Positions 57,757 to 64,000 of a stretch of 64,000 nucleotides of DNA are shown piece by piece. The position numbers and the translations under genes were made by a program. The notes beneath the pieces are model-generated. The model did not search any database. It was not told where the DNA came from and saw only the letters and a list, made by a program, of their open reading frames with translations. Every line of letters starts with the position of its first letter. The stretch's first letter is position 1. The DNA comes from Bacilli bacterium (lineage in GTDB: Bacteria > Bacillota_I > Bacilli_A > RFN20 > UBA1709): assembly GCA_034115825.1 (NCBI GenBank), contig JAXESU010000002.1:79226-143225 (forward strand), written 5' to 3'.

Positions 57757-58510
57757 CTTTAATCACCTCGTTTGCTACTTCTAAATATGCTTTCGCACCT
57801 GATGCGTTAATATCATAATCAATAATCGTTCTTCCTCTTGATGAGGCTTCGACTAATTTAATATTACGAGGAATCCCAATTTTATAAACTTTATCTTTAA
57901 ATGTTTGACGAACATCTTTTTGGACTTCGCAAGCAAATTTAGTTCTAAAGTCGCACATTGTTAATAAAATACCTTCAATTTCAATATTTGGATTATGGCT
58001 TTGTTGAACACGTCTAATAGTATTTAAAAGCATAACTAACCCTTCCATCGAATAATATTCACATTGCATCGGAATTAATACCCCATCACAAGAAGTTAAA
58101 GCGTTTAAACTTAAAATACCTAGTGAAGGTGGAGTATCAATTAAAATAAAATCATAGTTATCTTTTACTTTAAGTAATTGTTCTTTTAAAATTTCAAATT
58201 TATTTTCTTTTGTAGCTAAATCAATTTCAACTGCCGCTAATTCAAGTGAAGATGGTAATAAATCTAAATTTGTTGTTGATGTTTTAACAATATTATGATT
58301 AATATCTTCACCTAAAATAATCGCTTTATAAATTGATTGATCCATCGTTGAAGCATCAAAACCAACCCCACGTGTTGAGTTACTTTGTGGATCGATATCG
58401 ACCAATAAAACTTTTTTATTATAATAAGCTAAAGCTGCTGATAAAGATATGGCAGTAGTAGTTTTTCCTACGCCACCTTTTTGATTAGCAATCGCGATAA
58501 TTCTCCCCAT
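57740..58510 (-). CDS. parA: Chromosome partitioning ATPase ParA (Soj)
   Basis: Deviant Walker A KGGVGKTT. 256 aa. Confidence 0.9.
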   Translation of the reverse strand: MGRIIAIANQKGGVGKTTTAISLSAALAYYNKKVLLVDIDPQSNSTRGVGFDASTMDQSIYKAIILGEDINHNIVKTSTTNLDLLPSSLELAAVEIDLATKENKFEILKEQLLKVKDNYDFILIDTPPSLGILSLNALTSCDGVLIPMQCEYYSMEGLVMLLNTIRRVQQSHNPNIEIEGILLTMCDFRTKFACEVQKDVRQTFKDKVYKIGIPRNIKLVEASSRGRTIIDYDINASGAKAYLEVANEVIKGGKIR

Positions 58511-58523
58511 TGTCTATCCCTCC

Positions 58524-59216
58524 TTATAGTGGTTGTTTTTTAATTTTAGCGTAACTTCGTGGATACTTATTACTATGTTTTTTACTCTTTTGTAAAGTAA
58601 CTAAATAATGAGTAGTATCATCAAACATTTGATATTCTTTAGTTTCAATTAAAGTATATCCTAAAGTTTTCATGGCTTGCTTTGCTTCATTAATTTCATT
58701 TAAATAGTTACTTCCTTTTAAAAAGATTACTAAACCATTTTCTTTAACTAAGTCACAGCAAATTTCTAATAAAACATTTAATTTGGCTACCCCACGAGCG
58801 GTAACAATATCAAATTGTTGTTCTTTATATTCTTCGGCACGAGCAACTAAGGTTGTTACTTTATTTAATGAAAGTTTTTCTTTTAACATTTCAATAAACA
58901 TCATGCGTTTTTGGGTTGAATCTAAAACATATAAATCAATACTATCTTCAACAATTTTTAATGGAAGCGACGGAAAACCAGCGCCAGCCCCAACATCTAA
59001 AAGTTTTTTATCCTTAAGGTCATAGTAAAAAAGCATGCTTAAAGAATCATAAAAATGTTTATCAAAAACATCATCTTCATTGGTAATGGCCGTTAAATTA
59101 TATTTTTCATTTTCATTAACTAATAAAGTATAATATTCATCAAACTTTTTTATTGTTTCCTCATTTAAATCAATATTTTGTTTCTTTAAGGCTTCTTTAA
59201 AATTACTTTTAGGCAT
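58524..59216 (-). CDS. rsmG: 16S rRNA (guanine527-N7)-methyltransferase
   Basis: GidB family with SAM motif DVGAGAGFP. 230 aa. Confidence 0.9.
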   Translation of the reverse strand: MPKSNFKEALKKQNIDLNEETIKKFDEYYTLLVNENEKYNLTAITNEDDVFDKHFYDSLSMLFYYDLKDKKLLDVGAGAGFPSLPLKIVEDSIDLYVLDSTQKRMMFIEMLKEKLSLNKVTTLVARAEEYKEQQFDIVTARGVAKLNVLLEICCDLVKENGLVIFLKGSNYLNEINEAKQAMKTLGYTLIETKEYQMFDDTTHYLVTLQKSKKHSNKYPRSYAKIKKQPL

Positions 59217-61080
59217 TGATTTTCTCTCCTTTAAGTTTTAAATACATAATTAAAATTGATATATCAGCAGGATTAACTCCACTGATACGTGAAGCTTGAC
59301 CGATATTTTCAGGCTTGATTAAATTTAACTTTTGACGAGCTTCTAAAGCTAAATTATCAATTTTGTTATAGTCGATATTAACATCTAACTTAATATCTTC
59401 TAACTTACGCATATTATTAGCATCATCTAATTGCTTTTTAATATAACCTTCATATTTAACAAGAATTTCAACTTCTTGAATAACTTCATCACTAAATAAA
59501 CGACGAACATTTAAAAATGGCATAATAAGCGATAAAGTTACAAATGGACGTTTTAATAAGTTATAAGCACTTGAAGATTCAACAATGACTGCTAGATTAT
59601 TTTCTTTTAAGACTTCATTAATTGGATGTTTAAAAGAAAATTTAACTGCTTTTAACAACTCAATTAATTGATCAATATCTTCTTTTTTACTAACAAAGTT
59701 AGCATATTGTTCATCACCAATTAAACCAAAATTATGACCATATTCCATCAAACGTAAATCCGCATTATCGTGTCTTAAAAGTAAACGATATTCAGCTCTT
59801 GATGTTAATAAACGATATGGTTCTTTCGTTCCTTTAGTGACTAGATCATCAATTAAAACTCCAATATAAGATTCATCACGGCGTAAAATAAATGGCTCTT
59901 TTCCTTCAATTTTTAAAGTAGCGTTAATCCCTGCCATTAATCCTTGGCCAGCAGCTTCTTCATATCCAGATGTACCATTAATTTGTCCGGCACAAAATAA
60001 ATTTTCAATTTCTCTTAATTCAAGATTATATTTTAGTTGTAAAGGATCAATTCCATCGTATTCAATAGCGTAAGCATATTTAACAATTTTAACATTTTCT
60101 AATCCTTCTAATGAATGAATCATTTTTTCTTGAACATCTTCAGGCATTGAAGTTGAAAAACCTTGTAAATAAATCGTGTCTAAATGGACTGATTCTGGTT
60201 CTAAAAATAATTGATGTTGTTCTTTATCTTTAAAACGGACTAATTTATCTTCAATTGATGGACAATATCGAGGTCCAACTCCTTCAACAATTCCACCATA
60301 CATCGCTGATTTTTCTAGATTAGATAAAATAACATTATGAGTATCTTTATTGGTGTGAATTAAATAACAAACATGTTGATCTTTAACATCGATAAATTTC
60401 GTAGTTGAATAGGAAAAAGCATTATGAGATTCTGTCCCATATTGAATTTCCATCTTTGAATAATCGATTGAATATTTATCTAAACGTGCAGGAGTCCCCG
60501 TTTTTAAACGCATTAAACGAATCCCATTTTCTTTTAATGAGTCACTTAAACCAAAGGCACTACGTTGGTTATCAGGACCTTCAATTTTAAATTTATGACC
60601 ACGTAAAATACGTGAAGATAAATAAGTACCAGTTGTTAAAATAACGGTTTTAGCAAAAATTATACCTAATTTTTCTAACACTAATCCTTTACAAACTTTA
60701 TCTTCAACAATTAATGATTTAGCCATATCTTCAATTAAAGTAACATTTGATTCATTTTTTAAGACTCTTTGCATATACCAAGCATACTCTAATTTATCTG
60801 ATTGCGCTCTTAAACATTGAACACCTGGACCTTTAGCAGTATTTAACATTTTAAGTTGTAAATATGTGGCATCACTTGCTTTAGCCATTTCGCCACCTAA
60901 AGCATCGATTTCACGGACAACAACTCCTTTAGCAGGACCACCAATTGATGGATTACAAGGCATTGAGCCAATATGATTAATATCAAGTGTTACTAACGCC
61001 ACTTTATATCCACGACGTGCAACACTTAATGTAGCTTCAATTCCCGCATGTCCTCCTCCAACAACTATACAATCAAACAT
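59209..61080 (-). CDS. mnmG: tRNA uridine 5-carboxymethylaminomethyl modification enzyme MnmG (GidA)
   Basis: FAD-binding N-terminus FDCIVVGGGHAG. 623 aa. Confidence 0.95.
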   Translation of the reverse strand: MFDCIVVGGGHAGIEATLSVARRGYKVALVTLDINHIGSMPCNPSIGGPAKGVVVREIDALGGEMAKASDATYLQLKMLNTAKGPGVQCLRAQSDKLEYAWYMQRVLKNESNVTLIEDMAKSLIVEDKVCKGLVLEKLGIIFAKTVILTTGTYLSSRILRGHKFKIEGPDNQRSAFGLSDSLKENGIRLMRLKTGTPARLDKYSIDYSKMEIQYGTESHNAFSYSTTKFIDVKDQHVCYLIHTNKDTHNVILSNLEKSAMYGGIVEGVGPRYCPSIEDKLVRFKDKEQHQLFLEPESVHLDTIYLQGFSTSMPEDVQEKMIHSLEGLENVKIVKYAYAIEYDGIDPLQLKYNLELREIENLFCAGQINGTSGYEEAAGQGLMAGINATLKIEGKEPFILRRDESYIGVLIDDLVTKGTKEPYRLLTSRAEYRLLLRHDNADLRLMEYGHNFGLIGDEQYANFVSKKEDIDQLIELLKAVKFSFKHPINEVLKENNLAVIVESSSAYNLLKRPFVTLSLIMPFLNVRRLFSDEVIQEVEILVKYEGYIKKQLDDANNMRKLEDIKLDVNIDYNKIDNLALEARQKLNLIKPENIGQASRISGVNPADISILIMYLKLKGEKINA

Positions 61081-61091
61081 TTACATCACCC

Positions 61092-62669
61092 TTATTTCAT
61101 TGAATCTAAAAGATATTCAGTTTCTTTATTTACATCTAAACGAGGGAATAAAACTTCCCCTTTATTAACTTTATTTCCATTAACATTACTAAAATCTAAT
61201 AATTGATCAAAAGTATAAGTATTACCAATTTGTGTGAAAACTTTTGGAGCTGTTTCAACTAAAACTGGTTGTAAACAAACTGTAGCAACTTTAATGACAT
61301 TAATTAAATGGTTCATAACTGATGCTAATTTGTTAACATCTTCACTAACTTTAGCTAAAGCCCAAGGTTTAGTATCATCAATATATTTATTAGCTTTATC
61401 TAATAAATTAAAAATTTCCTTAAGAGCTAAATGAATACTAAATTGATCAAAGTATTGTTGATAATTTTTAACACTTGTTTTAATTTCTTCTTCTAAAGAT
61501 GTGTCTTCTTCTAAAACACAACCATCATAGTTTGGAACAACACCATTAAAATATTTTTGAATCATTGAAACACTACGAGAAACTAAATTTCCATAGTTAT
61601 TAACTAAATCGTTATTGAAATTTTCAATGAATAATTCTGGTGTAAATAAACCATCTTGGCCAAATGGAATAGCGCTAGTTACAAAGTAACGTAAAGCATC
61701 TAGACCATAACGATCAATAATTGTTTCAGGATAGAAAACATTACCTTTAGACTTAGACATTTTACCACCTTTCATAACAATCCAACCGTGAGCATAAATT
61801 TTAGTTGGTAAAGGTAGACCAAGTGCCATTAACATAATTGGCCAATAAATAACGTGGAAACGAACAATTTCTTTTCCAACAATATGAACAATTTCATGAT
61901 TTTCATCATTGTGCCAATATTTATCAAATAATTCAGTATTATCTGAATTGTAGCCTAAAGCTGAAATATAATTTGCTAAAGCATCAATCCATACGTATAT
62001 AACGTGACGAGGATCTTCTTTAACTTTAACTCCCCAGTCAAAAGAAGTACGGCTTACACATAAATCTTCTAAGCCTTTCTTTAAAAAGTTATTTAACATT
62101 TCGTTTTTACGTGATTCTGGTTCGATAAAACCTGGATGGTCTTCATAATATTTCATTAATTGATCAGCATACTTTGACATTCTAAAGAAGTAAGCTTCTT
62201 CTTTTTGAGTATGACATTCTCGACCACAATCAGGACAAGTATGGTTTTCTTTTAATTGTGATTCAGTCCAAAATGCTTCACAAGGAGTACAATACCAGCC
62301 TTTATATTCAGATTTATAAATATCACCTTTGGCTAATAAATATGAGAATATTTTTTCAACACATTGTTCATGATAATCATCAGTTGTACGAATAAATTTA
62401 TCATAATCAATATTTAAAGTTTTCCATAAATCTTTAACGTTTTTAACTAAAACATCAACGTATTCTTTTGGAGTAATACCTTGTTCTTTAGCTTTTTGTT
62501 GAACTTTTTCTCCATGTTCGTCACTACCTGTTAAATAGAAAACATCATAGCCCATCATCTTCTTATAACGAGCTATTGCATCACAAATAGTAGTAGTGTA
62601 AGCATGGCCTATATGTAATTTGCCTGAGGCATAATAAATTGGTGTAGAAATAAAAAATGTTTTTTTCAT
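61092..62669 (-). CDS. metG: Methionyl-tRNA synthetase (short form, no C-terminal tRNA-binding domain)
   Basis: HIGHAY and KMSKS motifs plus a Zn knuckle CPDCGREC. Start moved to MKKTFF (ATG 62667-62669) with an AAGGGAG RBS. 525 aa. Confidence 0.9.
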   Translation of the reverse strand: MKKTFFISTPIYYASGKLHIGHAYTTTICDAIARYKKMMGYDVFYLTGSDEHGEKVQQKAKEQGITPKEYVDVLVKNVKDLWKTLNIDYDKFIRTTDDYHEQCVEKIFSYLLAKGDIYKSEYKGWYCTPCEAFWTESQLKENHTCPDCGRECHTQKEEAYFFRMSKYADQLMKYYEDHPGFIEPESRKNEMLNNFLKKGLEDLCVSRTSFDWGVKVKEDPRHVIYVWIDALANYISALGYNSDNTELFDKYWHNDENHEIVHIVGKEIVRFHVIYWPIMLMALGLPLPTKIYAHGWIVMKGGKMSKSKGNVFYPETIIDRYGLDALRYFVTSAIPFGQDGLFTPELFIENFNNDLVNNYGNLVSRSVSMIQKYFNGVVPNYDGCVLEEDTSLEEEIKTSVKNYQQYFDQFSIHLALKEIFNLLDKANKYIDDTKPWALAKVSEDVNKLASVMNHLINVIKVATVCLQPVLVETAPKVFTQIGNTYTFDQLLDFSNVNGNKVNKGEVLFPRLDVNKETEYLLDSMK

Positions 62670-62755
62670 AAATAATCGCTCCCTTAATCTTATATATTTT
62701 ATCATTTTTTTAAACCTTTTTAAATATTTATTAATAATATTTAAATATCACTAGT

Positions 62756-62797
62756 CAAAAAGAAAAGAAGAAAAAATTTATTTCTTCTTTCTTTTAT
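62756..62797 (-). terminator. Terminator hairpin (aaagaaagaagaaa...ttcttcttttcttt + U-tract) at 3' end of NUDIX gene
   Basis: Long A/G-rich vs T/C-rich inverted repeat overlapping the stop codon. Confidence 0.5.
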
Positions 62798-63540
62798 TTA
62801 CATTTACTAAATAATTTTAATAAATATCCATCTCGTTGATAAATGAGTTTTCCGACATTTTCTTGTTTATTTTCCTTATATATTTTTAATAGTTTTCCTA
62901 ATTTAACAAACTTAATTTCTTTAAAAGCTTCATTTTCAATCCCTTGAAGATTTTGTTCACATTGTTGATCAACATAAGCAACATAAACTTTAGCTTCATC
63001 AATTCGTTTAAGTGGGTGATATTCAATTCCAATATCCATTAAATAATGAACATCTTTAATGGTATAGCCAAGTTCTTCTTTAATTTCTCGATGTAAAGTT
63101 TCAATTGGATCTTCATTATTTTCAATTCCACCACCAGGAAGTTCAAAGTGATCTCGTTTACCAAATAGTTCATCGATAAAATCAATATGAATAACTGCCA
63201 CCTCATCTTGATTATTAATGATAATTCCTCTAACGGTTTTTCTTACCTTTTGAATCAAGTAATCTTTAGGATAAACACTATCTTCGATAATAAACTTATT
63301 AAACTTTTTACTAAATGATCTAGTTAATAAATAACTTATTAAAAGCGGAACAACTAAGAAAAAATGTTCAACCTTAAAAATTAAAAACAATAGTAATGCA
63401 ACTAAGTTAAATAGTATTAATAATAGTCCTAAAACTTTATTAAAATATCGACCTAAATAATAATTTTTAAACTTAATAACATCTTTAAAAAGATATAAAT
63501 ATAATCCAATAAGGACAAGAGCTAAACTAACGTAAATCAT
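62794..63540 (-). CDS. Membrane-anchored NUDIX hydrolase
   Basis: Nudix box GGGIENNEDPIETLHREIKEELG. Two N-terminal TM helices. 248 aa. Confidence 0.8.
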   Translation of the reverse strand: MIYVSLALVLIGLYLYLFKDVIKFKNYYLGRYFNKVLGLLLILFNLVALLLFLIFKVEHFFLVVPLLISYLLTRSFSKKFNKFIIEDSVYPKDYLIQKVRKTVRGIIINNQDEVAVIHIDFIDELFGKRDHFELPGGGIENNEDPIETLHREIKEELGYTIKDVHYLMDIGIEYHPLKRIDEAKVYVAYVDQQCEQNLQGIENEAFKEIKFVKLGKLLKIYKENKQENVGKLIYQRDGYLLKLFSKCK

Positions 63541-63567
63541 TTTATCACCCCTCTTATTTTACCATAT

Positions 63568-63596
63568 TAAAAGCCAGTAATTAAACTGGCTTTAAT
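63568..63596 (-). terminator. Terminator hairpin (aaagccagt ttaatt actggcttt)
   Basis: Perfect 9-bp stem immediately downstream of the EF-G-like stop codon. Confidence 0.6.
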
Positions 63597-63598
63597 GA

Positions 63599-64000
63599 TT
63601 AGTCTTTTTTGTTTTCTTCAATAATCTTTGTTGCTAAATGAGTAGGAACTTCATCATAACGAACAAATTTCATTGTAAATGTTGCTTGAGCTTGAGTCAT
63701 TGTTTTTAAATCAATGATATATTTTTGAAGTTCAACTTGTGGAACTTCGGCAGTAATATATTGTTCATCACCAACAACTTCAATACCTTCAATAATACCA
63801 CGACGTTTTGATAAGTCGCCCATAATATCACCAACATATTCATTAGGTGTAATAACCTTAATTTGCATAATTGGTTCTAATAATACTGGATGAGCTTTTT
63901 TACAGCCATCTTTAAAGGCAATTGAAGCAGCCATCTTGAAGGCTAATTCACTAGAATCAACTGGGTGATATTTACCATCATAAACAGTAGCTTTAACCCC
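63599..64000 (-). CDS. Elongation factor G family protein, C-terminal part (domains IV/V). N-terminus lies outside the window
   Basis: The reading frame continues upstream of the track ORF to the window edge (…DGKYHPVDSSELAFKMAASIAFKDG…). Typical EF-G domain V sequence. Ends ...IIEENKKD. Confidence 0.75.
   Translation of the reverse strand, partial: GVKATVYDGKYHPVDSSELAFKMAASIAFKDGCKKAHPVLLEPIMQIKVITPNEYVGDIMGDLSKRRGIIEGIEVVGDEQYITAEVPQVELQKYIIDLKTMTQAQATFTMKFVRYDEVPTHLATKIIEENKKD

Noticed and set aside
62670-62793. Possible T-box leader upstream of metG (and likewise upstream of lysS at 15402-15451)
   Set aside because: The intergenic spaces are 124 and 50 nt. This is too short for a T-box, and no T-box (AATTAGGGTGG-like) sequence was seen. 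The metG upstream region is occupied by the NUDIX gene terminator.
1-64000. CRISPR arrays, IS elements/transposases, integrases, tRNA or rRNA genes
   Set aside because: I scanned the intergenic regions. There were no regularly spaced direct repeats, no transposase or integrase-like ORFs, and no tRNA-like T-loop/acceptor patterns. The only structured RNAs recognised are the RNase P RNA and the FMN riboswitch.

Overview
This is a 64 kb, very AT-rich (about 27-28% GC) bacterial chromosomal window. Genes are densely packed with short intergenic regions. Long ORFs are intact under the standard genetic code, so UGA is a stop codon here, not Trp. Gene content and local synteny match a low-GC Firmicute or a wall-less Firmicute relative that uses the standard code: dnaD-nth, pgsA-cinA-recA, rny-ymdB, miaB-ymcA, S4 protein-divIC-tilS-hpt-ftsH-hslO, pth-mfd, and mnmG-rsmG-parA-parB, the last of which suggests the origin region is close to the right end of the window.

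Main points by position:
1) Positions 1-11.4 kb form one minus-strand operon of about 14 genes. It encodes a tungstate ABC importer (tupABC), two MoeA paralogs, MoaA, MoaC, MoaB/MogA, a MOSC-ThiF/MoeB fusion, a MoaD-like sulfur carrier, a tungsten-type aldehyde:ferredoxin oxidoreductase (AOR), a 2x[4Fe-4S] ferredoxin and an Fe-alcohol dehydrogenase (truncated at the window edge). Upstream, on the other strand, lie a TetR regulator and a CPA-type cation antiporter, with a perfect palindromic operator inside the TetR promoter.
2) Housekeeping block: lysS carrying a C-terminal tRNA-binding domain, dusB, an unusual ATPase / double-FtsX permease / ATPase ABC system, hslO, ftsH, hpt, tilS.
3) An FMN riboswitch (RFN element) with an intrinsic-terminator expression platform sits in front of a RibU-like riboflavin transporter.
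4) An ATP-grasp gene is split by a single in-frame TAA and is translationally coupled to an unknown 208-aa gene.
5) A 215-aa CCA/poly(A)-polymerase head-domain protein that is too short to be a full CCA enzyme.
6) RNase P RNA (type B), followed by pgsA, cinA, recA, rny and ymdB.
7) A small accessory block between ymcA and mfd: a KNTase-like nucleotidyltransferase, a bPH-domain membrane protein, two tandem paralogous mini-XRE HTH proteins, and a 384-aa protein with a cytoplasmic N-domain and a multi-TM C-domain. This block is the best candidate for an undescribed system.

The supplied ORF track translates TTG/GTG starts as M, so several start codons were moved to downstream ATGs that have ribosome-binding sites. 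No tRNA genes, CRISPR arrays or IS elements were recognised.
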